Source: an uncultured delta proteobacterium
GTDB taxonomy: Bacteria > Bdellovibrionota > FAC87 > UBA2466
Length of the DNA: 64,000 bases
Direction: 5' to 3'
Assembly (NCBI GenBank): GCA_963778115.1
Contig: CAVZSV010000004.1
Location: 960,001 to 1,024,000 of the forward strand
Positions within the stretch are counted from its first letter, which is position 1, and each line of letters starts with the position of its first letter. Of this stretch, positions 37,166-47,650 are shown one piece after another. The notes beneath the pieces are model-generated. The model saw nothing but the letters and a program-made list of their open reading frames with translations, had not been told where the DNA came from and searched no databases. Position numbers and translations under genes: made by a program.

Positions 37166-38106
37166 GGTTTTAGAGTCTCCATGGGAAGTCGAGTGGCTTG
37201 GCTGGCAAGATATTCCGCTCGGTCGGCAAAGTTAGAAGGCATCATTTCACCCTCGCCTTCACTTTCCGAGACGGAACCCGATCCCTCTATAGGTCTTTCA
37301 AGCGTAGGGATCTCACTCTCGGTTTGCGGCTCGTTTTCGGCCCTGGCCTCGGCGTCCGGAACTTCTAACTTTTCCGGCGCCTTGGCCTTAGCCGAAATCG
37401 AATTCCCTACTGGCTTCGTCGCACCCGCGGCACTTCCATCGACACTTACTTGAGTCACTTTACTCATCGCGATTCGACTCTTGGCACCCGAAGCGGTTTC
37501 AATCAGCAACATGGCATTCTTGCCTTCAAGTTCGACCCCCGTTACGACTCCAGATACGTCACCGCTCGCGGTCTGTGCTTGACCGCTAGAGTTAACGCCA
37601 TAGAGACGAACGGAATACTTGCCTGAGGGCGAGGCCACACCATCTTGATCTTTACCGTCCCAAGTAATTGCCTTCCCATCACGCTCACTAAAAGTAAGTT
37701 CGCGGATCACCTTACCACCGGAATCAATAATGGTGGCTTTGGTGGGTTGGACTCCTTCGGGAAGACTATTATTGAGAACCACTGATTGTCCCGTGACGAG
37801 ATCGACTTCATTACCGCTGGCTTGAATTCGGCGTCCAATCATATTCAGAGCCTGCATTTTAGTCCCTTCACCCAGACCAGCATGCAAGGTATCGATCCCC
37901 TGACCAATGTTGTGCAGTTGTTCCAGCGAGCTAAACTGAGCTAGCTGCGATGAAAACTCCTGACCGTCCATGGGTTTCAAAGGATCTTGGTTCTGAATCT
38001 GCGCCATGAGCAATTTCATGAAATCGTCTTTGCCCATAGCTTCTTTGGTTGCCGGAGGCGCCGAAGGCGCCATCATGCCAGGCGGAACTCCACCAATCTC
38101 ATTCAT
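37162..38106 (-). CDS. flgD: Flagellar hook cap protein
   Basis: GKDDFMKLL.AQ.QNQDPL.PMD, QLAQFSSLEQL, WDGKD..G...G.Y. Confidence 0.95.
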   Translation of the reverse strand: MNEIGGVPPGMMAPSAPPATKEAMGKDDFMKLLMAQIQNQDPLKPMDGQEFSSQLAQFSSLEQLHNIGQGIDTLHAGLGEGTKMQALNMIGRRIQASGNEVDLVTGQSVVLNNSLPEGVQPTKATIIDSGGKVIRELTFSERDGKAITWDGKDQDGVASPSGKYSVRLYGVNSSGQAQTASGDVSGVVTGVELEGKNAMLLIETASGAKSRIAMSKVTQVSVDGSAAGATKPVGNSISAKAKAPEKLEVPDAEARAENEPQTESEIPTLERPIEGSGSVSESEGEGEMMPSNFADRAEYLASQATRLPMETLKP

Positions 38107-38117
38107 GGTGTTACCTT

Positions 38118-39461
38118 TCAGATGCGAACGTCGACTCTTCCGTCTTGAAGTGACGCGCTCCTAGCGCCCGTGGGGGCAAAATCGGCGCGACCACGTGGGA
38201 CTGAAGAAGTCTCGGTATAGGGTTGTGCAAACCGCGATTGTCCCTCCCCTTGGAACTGTCCGCTTCGATTTTGAGAAGTGTCCTGATTGAACATTCCCGC
38301 AAACTTGGCGGAAGTGGGAGTGAAGTCGCGATTTACTTGAACATCCATTTTCGAGAGTACGAGATCGTGAGACTGAAGTGACTGTTTCAGATCAGCCGCA
38401 TGAGTTTCCAAGATAGATTTCGCATGAGTACTTTCGGACTTCATGGCGACTTCTATCTTATTTCCTCTAGCAGTTACCTGAACCTCCACCTGACCGAGGT
38501 GAGGAGGGTTCAAAGATACGGTCATTTTGCCCCCGCCTTGATGAACGAGCGTATTCACGCGATTCATCAATTCGGGAACTCCGATCTTCTCTCCCGCCGC
38601 CATCTCGACGTGATGGATGTCTTTGGTCCCAGTGACGGAACTTTCCGAATGCTGCTGGGCGACCTGGGAAAGGCCGTCCAACGATAATTCAGAACCGTCT
38701 TCTTTCTTTCCGGTCCGCTTTTTCGCTGAAGGTGCAATAGACTTAACCTCAACGGGCGTCTTGGTACTCGCCACAGCACTCACTTGCTTAGGTAAATTCT
38801 CAACACTTGCGTGTGCCGAATTTGCCATCTGAGAGTACTTTTGAACCGCTTGATCGCGGACCGTGGTATCGACCGCAGTGGGCTTAGTGGCGGAATTATC
38901 TTCCGCTACAAGCTTGGTAACGACTCGAGATTTCTCCGAAACCGAATTTTTAGCACTTGCGTCGTCTAACGAGATTTTTTTCTCGGCGATGAAGGCTGTT
39001 TTCGGATCCAGAACCGTGGATTTGCTCTCCGTCGAAACTTGGAGCTTACTATTGGGCAATAGGTCTTTGCCCAAAGGCTTTACCTCTAGCTTCAAATTTG
39101 CGATAGGAGCTTCTTTGGTATCGGCGGTCAATGCCTTAGCGAGATTGGCCTTTATATTAGGCTGTCCCGGAGTCAATGCGGTCGGTAGAGCGGCTAGCGT
39201 GGAAAGCAGCTGCTCGTTCGTTCCGACCTCTTTTTTTCCGGTCTTGCCTTTGGATGCGGGAGCTAAAAGAACTGAAGCTTTCCCTTTTTCCGTTTGTCCA
39301 ATCGCTTCGACATCGTTTTTGTCCTGAAGGCCCAGAAGGTAATCCACAAAATTAAATTCTCCTGTCTCAGGCGCCGACGAGTCTTGCGGCCCGTTATGGG
39401 CTGCCGACAACTTGTGAGCTGCCGGGCTTATGTGTGTGGTTGGCAACATATCATGGTTCAC
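38118..39461 (-). CDS. fliK: Flagellar hook-length control protein
   Basis: Low-complexity N-terminal region; L.P.HLG.V.V C-terminal domain. Confidence 0.85.
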   Translation of the reverse strand: MNHDMLPTTHISPAAHKLSAAHNGPQDSSAPETGEFNFVDYLLGLQDKNDVEAIGQTEKGKASVLLAPASKGKTGKKEVGTNEQLLSTLAALPTALTPGQPNIKANLAKALTADTKEAPIANLKLEVKPLGKDLLPNSKLQVSTESKSTVLDPKTAFIAEKKISLDDASAKNSVSEKSRVVTKLVAEDNSATKPTAVDTTVRDQAVQKYSQMANSAHASVENLPKQVSAVASTKTPVEVKSIAPSAKKRTGKKEDGSELSLDGLSQVAQQHSESSVTGTKDIHHVEMAAGEKIGVPELMNRVNTLVHQGGGKMTVSLNPPHLGQVEVQVTARGNKIEVAMKSESTHAKSILETHAADLKQSLQSHDLVLSKMDVQVNRDFTPTSAKFAGMFNQDTSQNRSGQFQGEGQSRFAQPYTETSSVPRGRADFAPTGARSASLQDGRVDVRI

Positions 39462-40050
39462 CCCCTTTCTGGGGAGCGGGCTCGCTCCCTTTTTTTGGAA
39501 TCTCTTCCTGTGCTTTGGTGATTTCCCCTGGCTTGGAAGAACTGATAGATCTTTTTGAATTCAAAAATTTTTCTGTGACGACTCGTGCTTGGTCGGGTGA
39601 CATTTGCCCTAGAATTTCCGCTGCCCTGTCACCCTGCATTCCCGATAAAATCTCGGTGGTTAAATTCACATCCAAAGAATCTAAAATCTTGGCTGACTTT
39701 TTAGGATCCATCTTTTCATAGACCTTTCGAAAAGATGACATCTTGGCATCATTGGCAGTCTCTGCAGCTGACAACTTCTGGCGAAGTTCCTGAATTACTT
39801 TCTCATAGCGATCGATCTGTTGGTTGAGAATCTTCTCTTTGTCCGAGAGATTCTGTTCTCTCCGGCTGAGAGCTTCCTCTTTGGCGTCGAGCGATTTCTC
39901 TTTTTCCTGAATCGACTGCTGTAGACTCTCTAATGCATCGGGCTTATCGGAGGCCTGCACCTGATTGGGGAGCACTAGCCCCAATTCGTAACCTAGCCAG
40001 CAGGTGACTAGTAGAGTGCCGAAAATAATAATTGATACTAGGCGCCACAT
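39451..40050 (-). CDS. MotE/YlxF-like flagellar protein (coiled coil plus MgtE_N-like)
   Basis: TM helix, coiled coil, YEKMDPKKSAKIL...AAEILGQM.P..A. Confidence 0.75.
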   Translation of the reverse strand: MWRLVSIIIFGTLLVTCWLGYELGLVLPNQVQASDKPDALESLQQSIQEKEKSLDAKEEALSRREQNLSDKEKILNQQIDRYEKVIQELRQKLSAAETANDAKMSSFRKVYEKMDPKKSAKILDSLDVNLTTEILSGMQGDRAAEILGQMSPDQARVVTEKFLNSKRSISSSKPGEITKAQEEIPKKGSEPAPQKGGEP

Positions 40051-40056
40051 AGTTAC

Positions 40057-40491
40057 TTAGTTGCCTACCTTTTTGACCAGCCGATAAAGTTCGTCGTTCG
40101 TTTTTTGCTCACGCCGTGTCTGTTCCACGCGGAAGTTGAACTTTCTCTTTTCTCTAAGATTTTCCATGGCCTTGCGTTTCATTGCGAGCTTTCCTAATTC
40201 GTATTTCTTGTCCTCAAGTTCGATCTGTAAGCGAACCATCTCTTTTTCAATGTTTGCGATATCGCGAGCATCCGCTTCCACTTTGGCCGTCTGATAGGGA
40301 ATCCAGTTCACACTCTCATTCCAATGTTGTCGGGATTCACAAAGCATGCTTCGCATTGTCTCCTGTCGATAGGTCTTTTTCTTCTCCAGCCCCTCAATTT
40401 TTTGAATCAGAGTAGCAACTTCCATTTTCTTCACCGTCTCGTTGAGACGCAGAAAGTCGAGGACACGCTCTAGACGAAAACGGAAGCGCAC
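40057..40491 (-). CDS. fliJ: Flagellar export protein FliJ
   Basis: FRFRLERVL..., K.ME.LRE....., EQK..DE; directly after fliI. Confidence 0.85.
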   Translation of the reverse strand: MRFRFRLERVLDFLRLNETVKKMEVATLIQKIEGLEKKKTYRQETMRSMLCESRQHWNESVNWIPYQTAKVEADARDIANIEKEMVRLQIELEDKKYELGKLAMKRKAMENLREKRKFNFRVEQTRREQKTNDELYRLVKKVGN

Positions 40492-40501
40492 AGATCACCT
40501 A

Positions 40502-41821
40502 TTACGCATTAGAATCGCTGAACAAAGCTTCGATACCATCGACCGAAGCCCTAAAATTTGCTCTAAGATCACGTTCCTGTCTCAGAAATTGCGAAATGAC
40601 GGGCTCCTTATCGATGCACTCATCGATGTTCCTGTCGGTACCACGGACGTACATGCCGTACTGGATGGCATCCTCATTTTCTTGGTAACGTGCTAACAGC
40701 TCTTTGAGCATTCGGGCAGACTTGAGCTGCTCTTTGTCGACTACCTGGTCCATGCAACGGCTGATACTCGTCAGAATATCGATCGCAGGGTAGTGTCCCC
40801 GGTTGGCTAACTTTCTGGAAAGCACGATGTGTCCGTCCAATATGGCTCTGGCATTATCGGCGACTGGGTCTTCGAGATCATCACCTTCCACTAACACCGT
40901 GTATAGACCCGTGATGGTGCCGTGTTCTCCCCAGTTTCCCGCCCGCTCCAAAAGTTTGGAGAGCGAAGAGAAAACCGAAGGGGTATAACCCTTTGTCGTG
41001 GGAGGCTCACCTGCCGCGATCCCAATCTCCCTCTGTGCCATGGCAAATCTCGTGAGAGAATCCATAAGCAAGAGAACATGGTTACCCTTGCTTCTAAAAT
41101 ATTCAGCGATGGAAGTAGCCACAAAGGCACCCCGAGCCCTGCGTACAGGAGATTTATCAGCGGTTTCAACTACGATAACGCTTTTCTTGCGTCCTTCGGG
41201 CCCCAGCTCATTTTCAATAAACTCTTTCACTTCGCGTCCGCGCTCGCCTATGAGGCCTATCACCACCACGTCCGCTGACGTATAGCGAGCCATCATCCCC
41301 ATCAAAACGCTCTTGCCGACTCCAGAGCCCGCGAAAATCCCTTGGCGCTGACCTTTGCCGCAAGTAAGGCAGGCGTTAATGCTACGGATACCAAGATCCA
41401 GTGGCTGACGGATAAGGGCTCTTTGCATGGGATTGGAGGCCACCCCATACAGCGAAACTCGCTCAACGAGAGCTAATGGCATTCCCCCTTCGTAGGGTCG
41501 GCACATGGAATCCACGACTTGTCCCAAAAGTGCGGGCCCGACGGGAACGGTCGCCGATTCTTCCGCCAAAGTGACGCGATCTCCTAATTGAATCGGACCC
41601 AAATCGTCTAACGGCATCGCCACATGCCCTTCGGGATCAAGACTTACGATCTCGATGGGAATATTTCCCTGCGAAGAAGAGATTTCGCAGATAGATCCCA
41701 CTTTGGCGTGTGGAATGTAAGTGCGAACGGAGTCCCGCCTTACTTTCTGCACCTTTCCGTAAAACTTCACGAATTGGTGAGAATCCACATGGGAGCAGAA
41801 TGAGGTTAATTGATTCTCCAT
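40502..41821 (-). CDS. fliI: Flagellar export ATPase
   Basis: GIFAGSGVGKS, IGERGREV, DSLTRFAMAQRE, LDGHIVLSR. Confidence 0.96.
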   Translation of the reverse strand: MENQLTSFCSHVDSHQFVKFYGKVQKVRRDSVRTYIPHAKVGSICEISSSQGNIPIEIVSLDPEGHVAMPLDDLGPIQLGDRVTLAEESATVPVGPALLGQVVDSMCRPYEGGMPLALVERVSLYGVASNPMQRALIRQPLDLGIRSINACLTCGKGQRQGIFAGSGVGKSVLMGMMARYTSADVVVIGLIGERGREVKEFIENELGPEGRKKSVIVVETADKSPVRRARGAFVATSIAEYFRSKGNHVLLLMDSLTRFAMAQREIGIAAGEPPTTKGYTPSVFSSLSKLLERAGNWGEHGTITGLYTVLVEGDDLEDPVADNARAILDGHIVLSRKLANRGHYPAIDILTSISRCMDQVVDKEQLKSARMLKELLARYQENEDAIQYGMYVRGTDRNIDECIDKEPVISQFLRQERDLRANFRASVDGIEALFSDSNA

Positions 41822-42594
41822 TAAGTGTTTTCACCCTTCGTAAATCTGTCTATCCAATTCTCGAGCTTTCTCATCTCTTCTTCGGAGGAAAACAGAATTC
41901 CGCCGTCCTCACACGCGCAATGGAACTCTCCTTCTTTTAGATTCGGATCGGATTTAATTTCCCAACGGGCAGAGTCCAGAGATTGAAACGCTTGTGCAAA
42001 AATTTCTTTATCCTGAGTCGAAACGCTAATGTGGATCTTTCCTTTCGCTTCGAAGGCTCCGATACTCTCTTCTAACCAACTCCCTATCTCATCCGCGGCT
42101 AACACGGAACGATGAATCAAAAATCTTCTCAATAGGTGAGAGAAGGAATGGATCCAGACGGCTTCATGCGATCTTAGTAAAGAGGCTTTGTCTTTAACAA
42201 CGCTTTCGCAGACCGCTTCAATTTTTTGCCGCATTTCCGTCAATATCTGCTCGCTCGCCTCTAATCCCCTTTTCATGCCGGCCGCCTCGGCTTCTTCCAT
42301 GACTTGGGTCTTTAGCTGTTCAAACCGTTCTTCGAGGCGCTCTTGCACCCGTACTTCAATCATCTTTTCAAATTCTCGTTTGAGTCCCGCATCCCCGGAC
42401 AGCCAGCTCCAAAATTGGTCCGGAAGGCCAAAGCCAACATTGGCATTCGATTCACTGGCAACTTCCTTCGGTGATTCACAAGGCGCAGGGCTCCGCTCTT
42501 CGCTTGGACCAAGTCCTGCCAAAGCCACCGCTTGAAATCCCGTTTCGGGATCTGGCTCCTCAAGGGATAATTTCGTTATCTTCGCCGAGTCCAA
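41821..42594 (-). CDS. fliH: Flagellar assembly protein FliH
   Basis: A...G...G motif, DPNL..G C-terminus, located between fliG and fliI. Confidence 0.75.
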   Translation of the reverse strand: MDSAKITKLSLEEPDPETGFQAVALAGLGPSEERSPAPCESPKEVASESNANVGFGLPDQFWSWLSGDAGLKREFEKMIEVRVQERLEERFEQLKTQVMEEAEAAGMKRGLEASEQILTEMRQKIEAVCESVVKDKASLLRSHEAVWIHSFSHLLRRFLIHRSVLAADEIGSWLEESIGAFEAKGKIHISVSTQDKEIFAQAFQSLDSARWEIKSDPNLKEGEFHCACEDGGILFSSEEEMRKLENWIDRFTKGENT

Positions 42595-43582
42595 TGACCA
42601 CTTTCCCTTCTTCTTCCAAACGTCGGACTATCTTGACTATCTCTCGTTGTGCACCTTCTACATCGGATACCTTCTGAGGTCCTAAAGCATCCAAGTCTTC
42701 GCGCAACATCTCAGCTGCTCTTTCGGACATCGAGCTATAGAGCTTATCCCTAAGTTCCTCGGGCGCACTTTTGAGGGCCATAAGGAGTTTGTCGTTGGGA
42801 ACTTCGCGAAGAATTAGCTGCATTCCCCGTTCGTCGATCTTTACCAAGTCTTGGAAAGTGAACATGTGCTGTCGAATCTCTTCCGCAAGAATGGGATCTT
42901 TGTCGTCAATACGAGTCATCAGAGAGTTCATGGATTTCTTGTCGAGATTATTAATAAGCTCGGCAACCGCTCCCACTCCCCCAAACTGACCTTGTTGAAC
43001 TTTTCCCAGAGTCAAAAGCTCTTTCTTGAGAACTTCGTCGAGCTCTTCCATCTTTTCCGGAGTCACATATTCCAGATTGGCCATTCGTAAGACGACTTCC
43101 GTTCTAATCGAATCAGGAAATTGGCGAATCATGGAGATCTGCTTGTCTAAGTCCAGATGCGCCACGATGAGAGCGATGGTCTGGGGATGCTCTTCCACCA
43201 AGAATTCAGCAAGAGTTTTGGTGTCGACTTCGTCCAGAACGGAAAGGCTGCGGCGTTGAACGAGATTAATAGTCTTTGAAGATCCGAAAATCTGCTTTGC
43301 CCTTTCCTCTCCCAAACCTTTGGTAACGATCTCAGGTCGCGTTAAATTATCGTCGAAAATGATCTCTTCTTTTTCCGAAAGCTTAAAAAGAAATTCGCGC
43401 AAAACCGTATTTATTAATGAGATCGGTGCCTTTTTCATATGCCCCATCACATTAAGCAGTCGCCGAACATCGGCGTCTTTCATACTCTTCATGAGTGCGA
43501 AGGAATTGTCTTCTCCCAATACATTCATAAGAATGGCGGTCTTTTCCAAACCGCTAAGGGCTGCTTTCTTCGACTTTTGCAT
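42560..43582 (-). CDS. fliG: Flagellar motor switch protein FliG
   Basis: EHPQTIA, GGV..VAE, MFTF.DL, MSERAA. Confidence 0.96.
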   Translation of the reverse strand: MQKSKKAALSGLEKTAILMNVLGEDNSFALMKSMKDADVRRLLNVMGHMKKAPISLINTVLREFLFKLSEKEEIIFDDNLTRPEIVTKGLGEERAKQIFGSSKTINLVQRRSLSVLDEVDTKTLAEFLVEEHPQTIALIVAHLDLDKQISMIRQFPDSIRTEVVLRMANLEYVTPEKMEELDEVLKKELLTLGKVQQGQFGGVGAVAELINNLDKKSMNSLMTRIDDKDPILAEEIRQHMFTFQDLVKIDERGMQLILREVPNDKLLMALKSAPEELRDKLYSSMSERAAEMLREDLDALGPQKVSDVEGAQREIVKIVRRLEEEGKVVIGLGEDNEIIP

Positions 43583-43592
43583 GCTTTCTCCG

Positions 43593-45260
43593 TTAGGCAG
43601 CTTCAGGCTTCGGTAAGGCGATGTCCTCGTCTAGCCAATCTTGTACAATCCGGAAACCCTTTCGAGGGCCAAGGCCCAATTTATCGACAATGCGCTTCTT
43701 TAAATCCTCTTCCTCTTGTTTATCGAGCGGTTCACCCTCTTCGAGCACTGAGGCCGCTTTCGAAAGGGAGAGGACACCCTCATCTCTTTGGGCCGCTTCC
43801 AATTCAGCAACGGTCTTGGGGAATAACGTCGTCTCTTTTTGAATATCCGAAAGCGTTGCCCATTTGAGGAAGGGACGGACTACTAGGATAAAGAAAAGTA
43901 AAACCACCAGCGCAATGAGTCCGTTTCGGATTAGCTGGTGGGTAAACTCTTGCGTATTTACCACACTCGCATTGGGAACTTCGTCCGCTGGAGTGATATC
44001 GGTGACTTTAAAGGGTAGGGAACTAATGTTGATGCTGTCTCGTCGTTGCGAGTCATAACCTACCGCATTAGCAACGATCTCTTGCAGTCGCTTCAATTCG
44101 TCTTCACTTCGAGGAGTGAACACCTGATCGGCTTTTCCGCCCTTGGTGTAATAGCCATCCACAACTACCGCTACTGTCAGACGCTTGATCTCTCCTGAGG
44201 GTTTGTCCACGGTCTGAATTTTCTTGGGTATCGCGTAGTTTTTATTTTCGATATCGTGTTCGGTATTCGAAGTAGACATGGGAACCGGGGGATTTTGGAC
44301 TTCCGCTCCAGGAAGGTTTGACCGACTTCCTGGAATGCCTATCGGGTTAGGCCGGGCCCCTTGAGAGGTCTCATCATTCTTTAGAGTATTTCGTAAGACT
44401 GCCTTCTCCGGATCATATGTCTCTTCGGTGGTGTTCACACGCGAAGGATCCATCTCAGCGGTTACTTTCGCTCTTACCTTTCCATAACCCACGACAGGAG
44501 TCAGGAGTTCGACGACGCGCTTTTCGTATTCCGATTCAATTCCTCGTTCCATTTCAAGTAGGGAACTGGAAAGTCCCTGAGCATTATCGTCTTCCGGCCG
44601 GTGTAGAAAATTTCCCTGGGTATCCACAATAGTGACTTCATTAACTTTCAATCCTTCCACCGCACTTGCCACCAAGTGAGCAATACCGTTGATCTCTCCT
44701 TTGGAGGGCATCTGACCTTGACGAAGCTCCAGCATCACCGACGCTTTGGGTGCTTCTTCTTCTTCCAGGAACGTTTTCTTCGGAGGTACACTGATATGCA
44801 CTCGAGCCCGCCTCACGGAAGCTAAGCGTTCAATCGAACGGGTTAGCTCGCCTTGAACGGCTCTGATGTATTGAATCCTCTGCACGTAACTCGACATCCC
44901 AAGGGTGGAATTATCGAATTTCTCAAAGCCCACCACCTCTTGTCCGGGAAGGCCTGCTTTCGCAAGCTCCATCCGCGCCGCGGCCACTCGACTGGCCGGC
45001 ACCAAAATGCTTCCCCCGTCGTTGGAGGTTTGGTAGGGGATGCTCTGCTCACCGAGCTTCTTGGCAATCGCTTTAGAGTCTTCTGCTTGTAACTCAGAAT
45101 AGAGCAGCTGATAGGGATCTTGATTCATGACCACGGCCCCAATCACTGATGAAATAATGAGAAGAACGCTGATGATCCCAATAAAAACCTTTTTGGTAGT
45201 CGAAAGCCCTGCCAAATAGGCGGAAGATCTTTGAATCCAACGCTGAATATTTTCATTCAT
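43593..45260 (-). CDS. fliF: Flagellar M-ring protein
   Basis: GFE.FD, RA.QGEL.R.I, ARVHI..P, ASV, V.IVD..G; two TM helices. Confidence 0.96.
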   Translation of the reverse strand: MNENIQRWIQRSSAYLAGLSTTKKVFIGIISVLLIISSVIGAVVMNQDPYQLLYSELQAEDSKAIAKKLGEQSIPYQTSNDGGSILVPASRVAAARMELAKAGLPGQEVVGFEKFDNSTLGMSSYVQRIQYIRAVQGELTRSIERLASVRRARVHISVPPKKTFLEEEEAPKASVMLELRQGQMPSKGEINGIAHLVASAVEGLKVNEVTIVDTQGNFLHRPEDDNAQGLSSSLLEMERGIESEYEKRVVELLTPVVGYGKVRAKVTAEMDPSRVNTTEETYDPEKAVLRNTLKNDETSQGARPNPIGIPGSRSNLPGAEVQNPPVPMSTSNTEHDIENKNYAIPKKIQTVDKPSGEIKRLTVAVVVDGYYTKGGKADQVFTPRSEDELKRLQEIVANAVGYDSQRRDSINISSLPFKVTDITPADEVPNASVVNTQEFTHQLIRNGLIALVVLLFFILVVRPFLKWATLSDIQKETTLFPKTVAELEAAQRDEGVLSLSKAASVLEEGEPLDKQEEEDLKKRIVDKLGLGPRKGFRIVQDWLDEDIALPKPEAA

Positions 45261-45336
45261 AGGTGTCTAAGAGTCTTAGCGTTCCCCAAGGTAAGCCGTA
45301 AGTTATGCTGCTTCTGGATGTTCAGTTTTTAGAAAA

Positions 45337-45651
45337 TCAGACTTGCATGCGCATGATATCGCGATAAGCATCGAGAGCTTTGTTTCTCACTTGGACGAGA
45401 AACTTCATCGCGCTCTCTGCTTTTTCCGTGGCGATCATCGCTTCGTGTAGATTCTCGCTGCGTCCGACGGCAAGTTCTTCAGTCGCTTTGTCAGCCGCAT
45501 TCAGAAGATCGTTAACCTGATTGATGGAGCGGTTTAATTCTTGGGAAAAACTCGTTTTCCCAACCTCGGCATCATTCTCAAAGGCCGGTTGAGCCAACTC
45601 ACTACCTTTTCCCAGACCCGCAATCGAGCTCGCAATCGCATTTACGCTCAT
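45337..45651 (-). CDS. fliE: Flagellar hook-basal body protein
   Basis: LHEAMIA.EKA...VQVRNK...AY..IMRMQV. Confidence 0.96.
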   Translation of the reverse strand: MSVNAIASSIAGLGKGSELAQPAFENDAEVGKTSFSQELNRSINQVNDLLNAADKATEELAVGRSENLHEAMIATEKAESAMKFLVQVRNKALDAYRDIMRMQV

Positions 45652-45654
45652 TTA

Positions 45655-46095
45655 TTATTTCCTTCCTATATCTAGGGCTTTTGTCATCATGCCACGCGCG
45701 GTATTGAGTGCTGTCACATTGGCTTCATAAGTCCGGCTCGCCGTAATCATGTTAACCATCTCTTCCATGGTGTTCACATTCGGCATTGCCACGAAACCTT
45801 CTGGATTGGCGTCTGGATGGTCCGGATTATAGACCATCTTCGGAGGTCCCTGATCGGATACTACATCCACTACATGAACCTTGTGCATGGGGACATCCAT
45901 CGAACCCTCAAGGACCGTCTTGAAATCGGCAACCGGTTGCGCTTCGAAAACCGGATCTTTCCGACGATACGGCCCACCTTCCGGTGTGCGCGTGGTTTGC
46001 GCATTGGCTAAATTACTGGAGATAGTATTCATCCTGAGTCTTTCGGCACTCAATGCCGAAGCACTCACATCCAAGGAGTCAAAGAAATCAGCCAT
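45655..46095 (-). CDS. flgC: Flagellar basal body rod protein
   Basis: ISSNLANA.TT, GGPYRRK, HPDA...G.V.MPNVN..EEM. Confidence 0.97.
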   Translation of the reverse strand: MADFFDSLDVSASALSAERLRMNTISSNLANAQTTRTPEGGPYRRKDPVFEAQPVADFKTVLEGSMDVPMHKVHVVDVVSDQGPPKMVYNPDHPDANPEGFVAMPNVNTMEEMVNMITASRTYEANVTALNTARGMMTKALDIGRK

Positions 46096-46490
46096 TAGCC
46101 ACCTCCTCCGCCGCCCTCTGAAATTGCATATTTCAGGAGGGCAAATTTCTTGGATATCGCCTCCGCTGCGGCGGAGTATTTGATATCGTTTTTGGTCATC
46201 TGGGACATTTCTCTGTCCATATCAACGGTATTTAGGTCGTTTCCCACTTCCGCTTCAGGATCTTCATACACAATGGGTTCGACCGATGCGATCCCTCGTT
46301 CGGGGGTCTCAAATCCCGCCTCGGAGGCATCCAAAGCTCTTTGCAATGAAGTCTCAAAATCTACTCTTCTCGCTTTAAAAAATGGGGTCTCAGCATTCGC
46401 GATATTGTCAGCAATGACGCTGTGGCGCAGCAGATACATGTCGAGTGACTTGGAAAGCAGATCTACGTTTTTATCGAATAGGATGTCCAT
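46095..46490 (-). CDS. flgB: Flagellar basal body rod protein
   Basis: IADNIANAETP.FKA, N.VD.DREM. Confidence 0.95.
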   Translation of the reverse strand: MDILFDKNVDLLSKSLDMYLLRHSVIADNIANAETPFFKARRVDFETSLQRALDASEAGFETPERGIASVEPIVYEDPEAEVGNDLNTVDMDREMSQMTKNDIKYSAAAEAISKKFALLKYAISEGGGGGG

Positions 46491-46578
46491 AGTCCACCTC
46501 CCATCACTCTTCAGGAAAAAAGGTCTCGTCCCTAAGTTTTTCTAAAGTCTTTTGCGTTTATTGACGATATTAGAAAAT

Positions 46579-46595
46579 TGCAATTCCTGGGCCAA
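46579..46595 (-). promoter_or_regulatory. Sigma54 promoter of the flgB operon
   Basis: Minus strand TTGGCCCAGGAATTGCA (TGGC-N7-TTGCA). Confidence 0.75.
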
Positions 46596-46636
46596 ACGCC
46601 TCAGGCGTAAGAAAGACCTCATTTTTGTTTCACTGA

Positions 46637-46669
46637 GGAAATTCTTTCCGTAGGAGGGAAATTTACTCC
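46637..46669. promoter_or_regulatory. Tandem candidate enhancer (UAS) sites
   Basis: GGAAATTCTTTCC and GGAAATTTACTCC with 20-bp period, upstream of the flgB sigma54 promoter. Confidence 0.4.
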
Positions 46670-47619
46670 CCATACTCCTTCAATTTATTCCTTAGGGTTC
46701 GAGCGGTAATCCCAAGAATATCCGCTGCTCTCGCTCGATTTCCGTTATTTTTGTCCAGGACCCGAACGATATGGTCCTTCTCGATGTCTTCTAAACGATC
46801 CGAACCCTGATCCGAAGTTCCCACAGACGAAGAAGATTGCTTGGGCACTTCAAGATTATCCAGGTGTTTCGTTAAGATAGTCCCCCCGTCGGAAAGCCAC
46901 AAAGCCCTTTCAAGGGCATTGCGAAGTTCCCTTACATTTCCGGGCCAAGCATAACCAAGAAGTTTCTCCATCGCGGCAGGTTCCACCTGTGGAGAACTGG
47001 CACCCATCTCGTGGGAAATCTTTTCCAAGAATTCTCCCGTAAGGGCCGAGATAGCTTCACTTCTACCTCGCAGGGGAATGCAGTCGATCCGTATTACATT
47101 CAGACGGTAATAGAGATCTTCTCTAAAGCGATTCTCACAGATCATTTGCAAGGGATCTCGGTTTGTCGTTGCTATGATTCGGCAATCGATCGGAACCGCA
47201 CTCCTGCCCCCTAACCGGTCAATCTCGCCCTCTTGAATCACTCTTAGAAGTTTGGCCTGCAAAGAGAACGACATTTCAGAAATCTCGTCCAGAAGGAGGG
47301 TTCCTCCTTGGGCCAGCTCGAATTTTCCCACACGCCTAGTGACCGCTCCCGTAAAAGCCCCTCGCTCGTACCCAAAGAACTCTGCTTCCATGAGCCCTTC
47401 GGGAACGGCGGCACAATTCACACTAATAAAGGGTCCCTCGGTTCTTATTCCCTTTTCGTGGATGTACCGAGCCAAAAGCTCTTTCCCCGTTCCACTTTCC
47501 CCGCATAACAATACCGGTGCATTGGTTCTTGCCGCTCGCCCCGCCAATTCGACCACCTGTCGCATGCTCTCATCGGCGACAACCAAGGCACGCTTATGAA
47601 ATCGCAACACAGATGCCAT
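46663..47619 (-). CDS. Sigma54-dependent activator (AAA+ and HTH) with no N-terminal regulatory domain
   Basis: [41 protein letters not shown], Fis-type HTH; AAA+ begins about 20 aa after the start. Confidence 0.92.
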   Translation of the reverse strand: MASVLRFHKRALVVADESMRQVVELAGRAARTNAPVLLCGESGTGKELLARYIHEKGIRTEGPFISVNCAAVPEGLMEAEFFGYERGAFTGAVTRRVGKFELAQGGTLLLDEISEMSFSLQAKLLRVIQEGEIDRLGGRSAVPIDCRIIATTNRDPLQMICENRFREDLYYRLNVIRIDCIPLRGRSEAISALTGEFLEKISHEMGASSPQVEPAAMEKLLGYAWPGNVRELRNALERALWLSDGGTILTKHLDNLEVPKQSSSSVGTSDQGSDRLEDIEKDHIVRVLDKNNGNRARAADILGITARTLRNKLKEYGE

Positions 47620-47650
47620 TTCGATCTTCCTCAAAGTTTACTGAAAAGCG

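Noticed and set aside
40502..45260. Injectisome-type T3SS
   Set aside because: The flgBC, fliE, flgDE and fliK context shows these are flagellar genes.
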